Under the pieces are notes generated by a model. It saw only the letters and a program-made list of their open reading frames with translations. It was not told where the DNA came from and made no database searches. Shown piece after piece: positions 38,790-51,100 of a stretch of DNA of 64,000 nt. This DNA is from Eledone cirrhosa (taxonomy: Eukaryota), in NCBI GenBank assembly GCA_964016885.1, contig OZ024743.1, positions 2,976,001 to 3,040,000 on the forward strand, given 5' to 3'. The translations under genes and the position numbers were made by a program. The stretch's first letter is position 1. Each line of letters begins with the position of its first letter.

Positions 38790-39685
38790 TATGACCCACT
38801 TACCCTTACTGATGGCAAAAAGAATGATATATGGAAGTGCTAATAATAGAGGTTGTTGAATGAGGAGAATATATGAGCTCTAAGGAAAGAGCCATTAATG
38901 TTGACAATGGCATGGTAAATATGAGCATTGATGATATGAATATATGGAGATCAGCTAGACTTCACCACCACTTCTATTATAAGTCAGGTAGTACTGGAAA
39001 GTATCATACCGAATGACTTGTAGCAGTTGACAATGATGCTGCTACATCAGAGTAAAGGAGATGTACTATAGAGAAATGGAATTACCAAGGAATCAAAATG
39101 CTGTATCAAGTTAAGAAAGTTACGAAGCAAAGTTGTTTAGGGAAAGAATTCATCTTGAGATGCAGCTTGACTTTATGCCAAGGGGAAGCACTCCAGATCC
39201 CATCTTACTAGTGAGAAAACTACAGGAGAAGTACTTAGTTAACAATAAGCCTCTATACTTAGCATTCATCAACCCGAAAAAAAAGGCCTTTGACCAAATC
39301 CCATGTTCTGTAATTTGGTGGATGCTTAGGAAGTTAGGGATATATGAATGAATTGTGATGGCTGTATGAGGTAAAAAATGAGTAGATTGATGATTCTAGT
39401 GTGTGGGTAGTAGTCCACCAAGGCTCAGTTCTCAACTCTTTCCTATTTATTATAGTTCTCCAGGTCATAAAAGAAACCTTCAAGACTCGATGTTCATGGA
39501 GACACCTGTATCACGCACAGCAGAAGCCACAGAAGTTCCAGATGTAGAAACAAAATATGGAATCAAAGAACCTTAAAGTACACCTAGCAATGGCTAGGGC
39601 TTAGTTACCAGCAAGTAAATGGCCATGTTCAATATACTAAGAAAGAATAGGTAGCAATTCCATAGTGTTGACAGTGGGCACACAG
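38790..39685 (+). mobile_element. Highly decayed RTE LINE (same family as 20575-23570)
   Basis: LQEKYLVNNKPLYLAF...AFDQIP, VHQGSVL and KWPCSI remnants. Confidence 0.8.
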
Positions 39686-39689
39686 GATA

Positions 39690-40090
39690 TATTTGGGGGT
39701 CCGTTTTTGATTTGGGGAAGGGGATCCGTTTTTCATTTGCGTTGGATGTTTTTTTATTTTGGTGGGATCCGTTTTTTATTTGTGGGTCCGTTTTTCATTT
39801 GTGGGTCCGTTTTTCATTTGGCGGGGTCCGTTTTTTATTTGGGGGGGGGGGGCGTTTTTTACTTGGGGGTCCATTTTCTATTTCTATTTGCGGGTTTGTT
39901 TTTGATTTGAGAAAGGGTATCCGTTTTTTATTTGGGGGGATCCGTTTTTTATTTGGGGGGATCCATTATTTATTTGGAAGTTCGTATTTTATATTTGGGT
40001 GGGATGCGTTCTTTAGTTGGGGATCGTTTTTTATTTGAAAGGTGGGGGGGGGGGGGATCTGTTTTTACTTGGGAGTATCCGTTTTTCTAT
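39690..40090. repeat. ~20-bp minisatellite GGG(G/A)TCCGTTTTT(T/C)ATTTG
   Basis: More than a dozen recognisable degenerate units. Confidence 0.9.
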
Positions 40091-40149
40091 TCAGAGGGAT
40101 CAGATATATATATATATATATAACTTGGTAGGGAGACAGACAGGTAGAA

Positions 40150-40905
40150 CAATTTGTGCTGGACAATTTGTTTTCCTTTGTATTTCATGTGCTTTCAACT
40201 TACCTGATCTCCAAGATCATGCAATCAACTATTCTTTTTGCATATTGTCAACAAATATGATTTTCATTAAAATAAAAAATGACTAGCTTTGTGAATGGTT
40301 TTTCCTCCCACTTTCTGCCCTCATTTCTCAACAAAGCTAGTCATTTTTGATATTTTCAATGAATGTGATTTTGAAACCTATGTGAAAAGAAATAGTCAAT
40401 TGTGAGCACCTTTAATGTCAGATTGGGTGGTAAACACAAAAAAACGAAAAAGAAAATTTGTCACTTTCATGTCAATCCAATGGTGTAATGTAAACGGTAG
40501 AAGTAGGTCTTCTGCAATAAATTTACAATATGATATAGTATGGTATGGTCTGTTTTGTTAAAATCCTTACTTTATAGGGAAACACATTATAATTTTTACT
40601 TTGATTTAAGTCCCAAAAAATTTTTTCCCTTTGTTTTTCTGTGCTATCAACTAATCCAACCTCCAGCATGCTCGCAGTTGACTATGCTTTAACATATTAA
40701 CAAATATGACTTCCACTGCAATCAAAAATGACAAGCTTTGTGAATGGTATTTCTGCCTACTTCCGCCCTCTTTTTTCTACAAAGCTAATCATTTTCGACA
40801 GGTTTCAAAGTCATATTCATTGGTAATATGTGCAAAAAATAGTCAATTGTGAGCACCTTTAATGTCAGATTGGGTGGTAAGTACACACAAAAAAAAAAAA
40901 AAAAT
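40150..40905. mobile_element. Two tandem diverged copies of a ~300-bp foldback (palindromic) element
   Basis: Copy 1 has a perfect 18-bp inverted repeat AAAAATGACTAGCTTTGT (40275-40292) / ACAAAGCTAGTCATTTTT (40331-40348); both copies share AAATAGTCAATTGTGAGCACCTTTAATGTCAGATTGGGTGGTAA. Confidence 0.75.
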
Positions 40906-41139
40906 GTATGTGGTGTAGTTTCATAAGGTTTGGTGTAGTTATAACATGGAAAGCTATCATAAATTTACCAGGGTATGGTATAATCTGGTTTATTGTTGTG
41001 TAGGTTAGTGTGGTGTGTTGTGCTGTGTTATTGAGTTGCATTGTGATTCTCTTTAAATTAAAATCATTATCTTCTATATCTTAAAGAGTGACCTTAAATA
41101 TAATTGCAATCAACTTTCTTCCTTGATTAATATTTGATT

Positions 41140-42156
41140 TAATGTTAATGGTAAGTTTATTGTTAGTGACTGTGTTAGTGTTAGCGTTATTGTTAGTGTT
41201 ACTGTAGCTTATTTCTAGCACACTGTTTGCGTCAGCGTTAGCATTTGAATAAGCGTCTATGTAAGCTTTTGTGTTAGTGTCTATGCAGAGTTTGCATCTG
41301 CGTCAGTGTTTGCATTAGTGACAACATTTGTGTCAGCGTATGCATTTGTGATAGTGATTGCGTCAGTGTTTCCCTTAGTGCCTGTGTCAGCATTTGCTTT
41401 AGCGTTTGTTTCAGTGTCTGCGTCTACGTCAGCTTTTGCTTCCGAGTCAGCGTTATCATTACCATACACGTAAGCATTTGCATCAGCGTTTGTGTCAGCA
41501 TCCACGTAAGCATTTGCACTAGAGTTTGCGGCAACATCTGTTTGAGTTTGTGTAGGCGTTAGCATTAGCTTTTGTGTTTGCGATATTTCCTTTAGCGTCT
41601 GTGTCACTGCTTGTGTTAGCGGCTGTCAGCGTCAGTTTTTACGTTTACCTCAGCATTTGCATCTGTGTCAGCGTTTCCATTAGCGTCTGCGTCAGTACTT
41701 CCATTAGCATCTGCATCAGTGTTTGCGTTAGCGTCTGCATCAGTTTCCGTTAGCATCTGCGTCAGCGCTCCTATTAGCATTAGCGTTTCCATCAACCTTT
41801 CCTGTGGCGTCCGCATCATTGCAGCATCTGCATCAACAATTGCTTTGGGTCAGCATTTGCGTCAGCGTAAGCTTTTGCTTTAGCGGCAACAATTACGACT
41901 GCATCAGCAAAACTTCCTCAGCATCTGCGACAGCGTTAGCTTTAGCAATCCGCATCTGCATTTGCGTTGTAGATCAGCTTCGGCGGTAAGGGTAAACGTT
42001 AATTTCTACGTCAGCATCTACGTTAACAACTACGTCAGCGTTTAAGTTAGCGTCTGTGTCAGTGTTTGCATTAGTGTCTTCATCAGCATTTGCATCAGCG
42101 TTAGCGTTTGTGTTAGCATCCTCGTCAGCATTTGCGTTAGTATCAGCATTTGCATT
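41140..42156. repeat. Degenerate hexamer zone (TTAGCG/TCAGCA/TTTGCA/TTAGTG variants) bordering the satellite
   Basis: 6-bp periodicity continuous with the pure array; minus strand reads as alternating (A/T)-(D/N) dipeptides broken by several indels. Confidence 0.85.
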
Positions 42157-45100
42157 AGTGTCAGTGTCAGTGTCAGTGTCAGTGATAGTGTCAGTGTCAG
42201 TGTCAGTGATAGTGTCAGTGTCAGTGATAGTGTCAGTGTAAGTGATAGTGTCAGTGTCAGTGTCAGTGATAGTGTCAGTGTCAGTGATAGTGTCAGTGTC
42301 AGTGTCAGTGATAGTGTCAGTGTCAGTGATAGTGTCAGTGTCAGTGTCAGTGATAGTGTCAGTGTCAGTGTCAGTGATAGTGTCAGTGTCAGTGTCAGTG
42401 TCAGTGTAAGTGATAGTGTCAGTGTCAGTGTCAGTGTCAGTGATAGTGTCAGTGTCAGTGATAGTGTCAGTGTCAGTGTCAGTGTCAGTGTCAGTGTCAG
42501 TGATAGTGTCAGTGTCAGTGATAGTGTCAGTGTCAGTGATAGTGTCAGTGTCAGTGATAGTGTCAGTGTCAGTGATAGTGTCAGTGTCAGTGATAGTGTC
42601 AGTGTCAGTGTCAGTGATAGTGTCAGTGTCAGTGATAGTGTCAGTGTCAGTGATAGTGTCAGTGTCAGTGTCAGTGTCAGTGATAGTGTCAGTGTCAGTG
42701 ATAGTGTCAGTGTCAGTGATAGTGTCAGTGTCAGTGTCAGTGTCAGTGTCAGTGATAGTGTCAGTGTCAGTGATAGTGTCAGTGTCAGTGATAGTGTCAG
42801 TGTCAGTGATAGTGTCAGTGTCAGTGTTAGTGTCAGTGTCAGTGATAGTGTCAGTGTCAGTGTCAGTGATAGTGTCAGTGTCAGTGTCAGTGTCAGTGAT
42901 AGTGTCAGTGTCAGTGTCAGTGATAGTGTCAGTGTCAGTGTCAGTGATAGTGTCAGTGATAGTGTCAGTGTCAGTGTCAGTGTCAGTGATAGTGTCAGTG
43001 TCAGTGATAGTGTCAGTGTCAGTGATAGTGTCAGTGTCAGTGTCAGTGATAGTGTCAGTGTCAGTGTCAGTGATAGTGTCAGTGATAGTGTCAGTGTCAG
43101 TGTCAGTGTCAGTGATAGTGTCAGTGTCAGTGATAGTGTCAGTGTCAGTGATAGTGTCAGTGTCAGTGTCAGTGATAGTGTCAGTGTCAGTGTCAGTGTC
43201 AGTGATAGTGTCAGTGTCAGTGTCAGTGATAGTGTCAGTGTCAGTGTCAGTGATAGTGTCAGTGATAGTGTCAGTGATAGTGTCAGTGTCAGTGATAGTG
43301 TCAGTGTCAGTGTCAGTGTCAGTGTCAGTGTCAGTGATAGTGTCAGTGTCAGTGTCAGTGATAGTGTCAGTGTCAGTGTCAGTGTCAGTGATAGTGTCAG
43401 TGTCAGTGATAGTGTCAGTGTCAGTGTCAGTGTCAGTGTCAGTGTCAGTGATAGTGTCAGTGTCAGTGTCAGTGATAGTGTCAGTGTCAGTGTCAGTGTC
43501 AGTGATAGTGTCAGTGTCAGTGTCAGTGATAGTGTCAGTGTCAGTGTCAGTGATAGTGTCAGTGATAGTGTCAGTGTCAGTGTCAGTGTCAGTGATAGTG
43601 TCAGTGTCAGTGATAGTGTCAGTGTCAGTGTCAGTGTCAGTGTCAGTGATAGTGTCAGTGTCAGTGTAAGTGATAGTGTCAGTGTCAGTGTCAGTGTCAG
43701 TGATAGTGTCAGTGTCAGTGATAGTGTCAGTGTCAGTGTCAGTGATAGTGTCAGTGTCAGTGTCAGTGTCAGTGTCAGTGTCAGTGATAGTGTCAGTGTC
43801 AGTGTCAGTGTCAGTGTCAGTGATAGTGTCAGTGTCAGTGTAAGTGATAGTGTCAGTGTCAGTGTCAGTGTCAGTGATAGTGTCAGTGTCAGTGATAGTG
43901 TCAGTGTCAGTGTCAGTGATAGTGTCAGTGTCAGTGTCAGTGTAAGTGATAGTGTCAGTGTCAGTGTCAGTGTCAGTGATAGTGTCAGTGTCAGTGATAG
44001 TGTCAGTGTCAGTGTCAGTGTCAGTGTCAGTGTCAGTGTCAGTGATAGTGTCAGTGTCAGTGATAGTGTCAGTGTCAGTGATAGTGTCAGTGTCAGTGAT
44101 AGTGTCAGTGTCAGTGATAGTGTCAGTGTCAGTGTCAGTGTCAGTGATAGTGTCAGTGTCAGTGATAGTGTCAGTGTCAGTGTCAGTGTCAGTGTCAGTG
44201 TCAGTGATAGTGTCAGTGTCAGTGTCAGTGTCAGTGTCAGTGTCAGTGATAGTGTCAGTGTCAGTGTCAGTGTCAGTGATAGTGTCAGTGTCAGTGATAG
44301 TGTCAGTGTCAGTGTCAGTGTCAGTGTCAGTGTCAGTGATAGTGTCAGTGTCAGTGTAAGTGATAGTGTCAGTGTCAGTGTCAGTGTCAGTGATAGTGTC
44401 AGTGTCAGTGATAGTGTCAGTGTCAGTGTCAGTGATAGTGTCAGTGTCAGTGTCAGTGTCAGTGTCAGTGTCAGTGTCAGTGTCAGTGATAGTGTCAGTG
44501 TCAGTGTCAGTGTCAGTGTCAGTGATAGTGTCAGTGTCAGTGTAAGTGATAGTGTCAGTGTCAGTGTCAGTGTCAGTGATAGTGTCAGTGTCAGTGATAG
44601 TGTCAGTGTCAGTGTCAGTGATAGTGTCAGTGTCAGTGTCAGTGTAAGTGATAGTGTCAGTGTCAGTGTCAGTGTCAGTGATAGTGTCAGTGTCAGTGAT
44701 AGTGTCAGTGTCAGTGTCAGTGTCAGTGTCAGTGTCAGTGTCAGTGATAGTGTCAGTGTCAGTGATAGTGTCAGTGTCAGTGATAGTGTCAGTGTCAGTG
44801 ATAGTGTCAGTGTCAGTGATAGTGTCAGTGTCAGTGTCAGTGTCAGTGATAGTGTCAGTGTCAGTGATAGTGTCAGTGTCAGTGATAGTGTCAGTGTCAG
44901 TGATAGTGTCAGTGTCAGTGTCAGTGTCAGTGTCAGTGTCAGTGATAGTGTCAGTGTCAGTGTCAGTGATAGTGTCAGTGTCAGTGTCAGTGTCAGTGTC
45001 AGTGATAGTGTCAGTGATAGTGTCAGTGTCAGTGATAGTGTCAGTGTCAGTGATAGTGTCAGTGTCAGTGATAGTGTCAGTGTCAGTGATAGTGTCAGTG

Positions 45101-48100
45101 TCAGTGTCAGTGTCAGTGATAGTGTCAGTGTCAGTGTCAGTGTCAGTGATAGTGTCAGTGTCAGTGATAGTGTCAGTGTCAGTGTCAGTGATAGTGTCAG
45201 TGTCAGTGTCAGTGATAGTGTCAGTGATAGTGTCAGTGTCAGTGTCAGTGTCAGTGATAGTGTCAGTGTCAGTGTCAGTGATAGTGTCAGTGTCAGTGTC
45301 AGTGTCAGTGATAGTGTCAGTGTCAGTGATAGTGTCAGTGTCAGTGATAGTGTCAGTGTCAGTGTCAGTGATAGTGTCAGTGTCAGTGTCAGTGATAGTG
45401 TCAGTGTCAGTGTCAGTGTCAGTGTCAGTGATAGTGTCAGTGTCAGTGTCAGTGTCAGTGTCAGTGTCAGTGTCAGTGTCAGTGATAGTGTCAGTGTCAG
45501 TGATAGTGTCAGTGTCAGTGATAGTGTCAGTGTCAGTGTCAGTGATAGTGTCAGTGTCAGTGTCAGTGATAGTGTCAGTGTCAGTGTCAGTGTCAGTGAT
45601 AGTGTCAGTGTCAGTGATAGTGTCAGTGTCAGTGATAGTGTCAGTGTCAGTGATAGTGTCAGTGATAGTGTCAGTGTCAGTGTCAGTGTCAGTGTCAGTG
45701 ATAGTGTCAGTGTCAGTGATAGTGTCAGTGTCAGTGATAGTGTCAGTGTCAGTGATAGTGTCAGTGATAGTGTCAGTGTCAGTGTCAGTGTCAGTGATAG
45801 TGTCAGTGTCAGTGTCAGTGATAGTGTCAGTGTCAGTGATAGTGTCAGTGTCAGTGTCAGTGATAGTGTCAGTGTCAGTGATAGTGTCAGTGTCAGTGAT
45901 AGTGTCAGTGTCAGTGATAGTGTCAGTGTCAGTGTCAGTGATAGTGTCAGTGTCAGTGTCAGTGTCAGTGATAGTGTCAGTGTCAGTGATAGTGTCAGTG
46001 TCAGTGATAGTGTCAGTGTCAGTGATAGTGTCAGTGTCAGTGATAGTGTCAGTGATAGTGTCAGTGTCAGTGTCAGTGTCAGTGATAGTGTCAGTGTCAG
46101 TGTCAGTGTCAGTGATAGTGTCAGTGTCAGTGTCAGTGATAGTGTCAGTGTCAGTGTCAGTGATAGTGTCAGTGTCAGTGTCAGTGTCAGTGATAGTGTC
46201 AGTGTCAGTGATAGTGTCAGTGTCAGTGTCAGTGTCAGTGATAGTGTCAGTGTCAGTGTCAGTGTCAGTGATAGTGTCAGTGTCAGTGATAGTGTCAGTG
46301 TCAGTGTCAGTGTCAGTGTCAGTGTCAGTGTCAGTGATAGTGTCAGTGTCAGTGTCAGTGTCAGTGTCAGTGTCAGTGTCAGTGATAGTGTCAGTGTCAG
46401 TGTCAGTGTCAGTGATAGTGTCAGTGTCAGTGATAGTGTCAGTGTCAGTGTCAGTGTCAGTGTCAGTGTCAGTGTCAGTGATAGTGTCAGTGTCAGTGAT
46501 AGTGTCAGTGTCAGTGTCAGTGTCAGTGTCAGTGTCAGTGATAGTGTCAGTGTCAGTGATAGTGTCAGTGTCAGTGATAGTGTCAGTGTCAGTGTCAGTG
46601 TCAGTGATAGTGTCAGTGTCAGTGATAGTGTCAGTGTCAGTGATAGTGTCAGTGATAGTGTCAGTGTCAGTGTCAGTGTCAGTGATAGTGTCAGTGTCAG
46701 TGTCAGTGTCAGTGATAGTGTCAGTGTCAGTGTCAGTGTCAGTGATAGTGTCAGTGTCAGTGATAGTGTCAGTGTCAGTGTCAGTGTCAGTGATAGTGTC
46801 AGTGTCAGTGTCAGTGTCAGTGATAGTGTCAGTGTCAGTGATAGTGTCAGTGTCAGTGATAGTGTCAGTGTCAGTGATAGTGTCAGTGTCAGTGATAGTG
46901 TCAGTGTCAGTGATAGTGTCAGTGTCAGTGATAGTGTCAGTGATAGTGTCAGTGTCAGTGTCAGTGTCAGTGATAGTGTCAGTGTCAGTGATAGTGTCAG
47001 TGTCAGTGTCAGTGTCAGTGATAGTGTCAGTGTCAGTGATAGTGTCAGTGTCAGTGATAGTGTCAGTGATAGTGTCAGTGTCAGTGTCAGTGTCAGTGAT
47101 AGTGTCAGTGTCAGTGTCAGTGATAGTGTCAGTGTCAGTGTCAGTGATAGTGTCAGTGTCAGTGTCAGTGTCAGTGATAGTGTCAGTGTCAGTGTCAGTG
47201 ATAGTGTCAGTGTCAGTGATAGTGTCAGTGTCAGTGTCAGTGTCAGTGATAGTGTCAGTGTCAGTGATAGTGTCAGTGTCAGTGTAAGTGTCAGTGATAG
47301 TGTCAGTGTCAGTGTCAGTGTCAGTGTCAGTGATAGTGTCAGTGTCAGTGTCAGTGATAGTGTCAGTGTCAGTGATAGTGTCAGTGTCAGTGTCAGTGTC
47401 AGTGATAGTGTCAGTGTCAGTGATAGTGTCAGTGTCAGTGTCAGTGTCAGTGTCAGTGATAGTGTCAGTGTCAGTGATAGTGTCAGTGTCAGTGATAGTG
47501 TCAGTGTCAGTGATAGTGTCAGTGTCAGTGATAGTGTCAGTGTCAGTGATAGTGTCAGTGTCAGTGTCAGTGTCAGTGATAGTGTCAGTGTCAGTGATAG
47601 TGTCAGTGTCAGTGTCAGTGTCAGTGTCAGTGATAGTGTCAGTGTCAGTGATAGTGTCAGTGTCAGTGATAGTGTCAGTGTCAGTGATAGTGTCAGTGAT
47701 AGTGTCAGTGATAGTGTCAGTGTCAGTGTCAGTGTCAGTGATAGTGTCAGTGTCAGTGTCAGTGATAGTGTCAGTGTCAGTGTCAGTGATAGTGTCAGTG
47801 ATAGTGTCAGTGTCAGTGTCAGTGATAGTGTCAGTGTCAGTGTCAGTGTCAGTGATAGTGTCAGTGTCAGTGATAGTGTCAGTGTCAGTGTCAGTGTCAG
47901 TGATAGTGTCAGTGTCAGTGATAGTGTCAGTGTCAGTGATAGTGTCAGTGTCAGTGATAGTGTCAGTGATAGTGTCAGTGTCAGTGTCAGTGATAGTGTC
48001 AGTGTCAGTGTCAGTGTCAGTGATAGTGTCAGTGTCAGTGTCAGTGATAGTGTCAGTGATAGTGTCAGTGTCAGTGTCAGTGATAGTGTCAGTGTCAGTG

Positions 48101-51100
48101 TCAGTGTCAGTGATAGTGTCAGTGTCAGTGATAGTGTCAGTGTCAGTGTCAGTGTCAGTGATAGTGTCAGTGTCAGTGATAGTGTCAGTGTCAGTGATAG
48201 TGTCAGTGATAGTGTCAGTGTCAGTGATAGTGTCAGTGTCAGTGTCAGTGTCAGTGATAGTGTCAGTGTCAGTGATAGTGTCAGTGTCAGTGTCAGTGTC
48301 AGTGATAGTGTCAGTGTCAGTGATAGTGTCAGTGTCAGTGTCAGTGTCAGTGATAGTGTCAGTGTCAGTGATAGTGTCAGTGTCAGCGTCAGTGTCAGTG
48401 ATAGTGTCAGTGTCAGTGATAGTGTCAGTGTCAGTGATAGTGTCAGTGATAGTGTCAGTGTCAGTGATAGCGTCAGTGTCAGTGATAGTGATAGTGTCAG
48501 TGTCAGTGTCAGTGATAGTGTCAGTGATAGTGTCAGTGTCAGTGATAGTGTCAGTGATAGTGTCAGTGTCAGTGTCAGTGTCAGTGATAGTGTCAGTGTC
48601 AGTGATAGTGTCAGTGTCAGTGTCAGTGATAGTGTCAGTGTCAGTGTCAGTGATAGTGTCAGTGTCAGTGTCAGTGTCAGTGATAGTGTCAGTGTCAGTG
48701 ATAGTGTCAGTGTCAGTGTCAGTGTCAGTGATAGTGTCAGTGTCAGTGATAGTGTCAGTGTCAGTGTCAGTGATAGTGTCAGTGTCAGTGTCAGTGATAG
48801 TGTCAGTGTCAGTGTCAGTGTCAGTGATAGTGTCAGTGTCAGTGATAGTGTCAGTGTCAGTGTCAGTGATAGTGTCAGTGTCAGTGTCAGTGATAGTGTC
48901 AGTGTCAGTGTCAGTGTCAGTGATAGTGTCAGTGTCAGTGATAGTGTCAGTGTCAGTGTCAGTGTCAGTGATAGTGTCAGTGTCAGTGATAGTGTCAGTG
49001 TCAGTGTCAGTGATAGTGTCAGTGTCAGTGTCAGTGATAGTGTCAGTGTCAGTGTCAGTGTCAGTGATAGTGTCAGTGTCAGTGATAGTGTCAGTGTCAG
49101 TGTCAGTGTCAGTGATAGTGTCAGTGTCAGTGATAGTGTCAGTGTCAGTGATAGTGTCAGTGTCAGTGATAGTGTCAGTGTCAGTGATAGTGTCAGTGAT
49201 AGTGTCAGTGTCAGTGATAGTGTCAGTGTCAGTGATAGTGTCAGTGTCAGTGATAGTGTCAGTGTCAGTGATAGTGTCAGTGTCAGTGTCAGTGTCAGTG
49301 TCAGTGATAGTGTCAGTGTCAGTGATAGTGTCAGTGTCAGTGATAGTGTCAGTGTCAGTGATAGTGTCAGTGTCAGTGTCAGTGTCAGTGATAGTGTCAG
49401 TGTCAGTGATAGTGTCAGTGTCAGTGATAGTGTCAGTGTCAGTGATAGTGTCAGTGTCAGTGTCAGTGTCAGTGATAGTGTCAGTGTCAGTGATAGTGTC
49501 AGTGTCAGTGATAGTGTCAGTGTCAGTGATAGTGTCAGTGTCAGTGATAGTGTCAGTGTCAGTGTCAGTGTCAGTGATAGTGTCAGTGTCAGTGATAGTG
49601 TCAGTGTCAGTGATAGTGTCAGTGTCAGTGATAGTGTCAGTGTCAGTGTCAGTGTCAGTGATAGTGTCAGTGTCAGTGATAGTGTCAGTGTCAGTGTCAG
49701 TGTCAGTGATAGTGTCAGTGTCAGTGATAGTGTCAGTGTCAGTGTCAGTGTCAGTGATAGTGTCAGTGTCAGTGATAGTGTCAGTGTCAGTGTCAGTGTC
49801 AGTGATAGTGTCAGTGTCAGTGATAGTGTCAGTGTCAGTGTCAGTGTCAGTGATAGTGTCAGTGTCAGTGTCAGTGTCAGTGATAGTGTCAGTGTCAGTG
49901 ATAGTGTCAGTGTCAGTGATAGTGTCAGTGTCAGTGATAGTGTCAGTGATAGTGTCAGTGTCAGTGATAGTGTCAGTGTCAGTGATAGTGTCAGTGTCAG
50001 TGATAGTGTCAGTGTCAGTGTCAGTGATAGTGTCAGTGTCAGTGATAGTGTCAGTGTCAGTGTCAGTGTCAGTGATAGTGTCAGTGTCAGTGTCAGTGTC
50101 AGTGTCAGTGTCAGTGTCAGTGATAGTGTCAGTGTCAGTGTCAGTGATAGTGTCAGTGATAGTGTCAGTGTCAGTGATAGTGTCAGTGATAGTGTCAGTG
50201 TCAGTGTCAGTGTCAGTGATAGTGTCAGTGTCAGTGATAGTGTCAGTGTCAGTGTCAGTGATAGTGTCAGTGTCAGTGATAGTGTCAGTGTCAGTGATAG
50301 TGTCAGTGATAGTGTCAGTGTCAGTGTCAGTGTCAGTGTCAGTGTCAGTGATAGTGTCAGTGTCAGTGATAGTGTCAGTGTCAGTGATAGTGTCAGTGTC
50401 AGTGTCAGTGTCAGTGTCAGTGATAGTGTCAGTGTCAGTGTCAGTGATAGTGTCAGTGTCAGTGATAGTGTCAGTGTCAGTGTCAGTGTCAGTGTCAGTG
50501 TCAGTGTCAGTGATAGTGTCAGTGTCAGTGATAGTGTCAGTGTCAGTGATAGTGTCAGTGTCAGTGTCAGTGTCAGTGTCAGTGTCAGTGATAGTGTCAG
50601 TGTCAGTGATAGTGTCAGTGTCAGTGATAGTGTCAGTGATAGTGTCAGTGTCAGTGATAGCGTCAGTGTCAGTGATAGTGATAGTGTCAGTGTCAGTGTC
50701 AGTGATAGTGTCAGTGATAGTGTCAGTGTCAGTGTCAGTGTCAGTGATAGTGTCAGTGTCAGTGATAGCGTCAGTGTCAGTGATAGTGTCAGTGTCAGTG
50801 ATAGTGTCAGTGATAGTGTCAGTGTCAGTGTCAGTGTCAGTGATAGTGTCAGTGTCAGTGTCAGTGATAGTGTCAGTGATAGTGTCAGTGTCAGTGTCAG
50901 TGTCAGTGATAGTGTCAGTGTCAGTGATAGTGTCAGTGTCAGTGATAGTGTCAGTGATAGTGTCAGTGTCAGTGTCAGTGATAGTGTCAGTGTCAGTGTC
51001 AGTGATAGTGTCAGTGTCAGTGTCAGTGTCAGTGATAGTGTCAGTGTCAGTGATAGTGTCAGTGTCAGTGATAGTGTCAGTGTCAGTGATAGTGTCAGTG

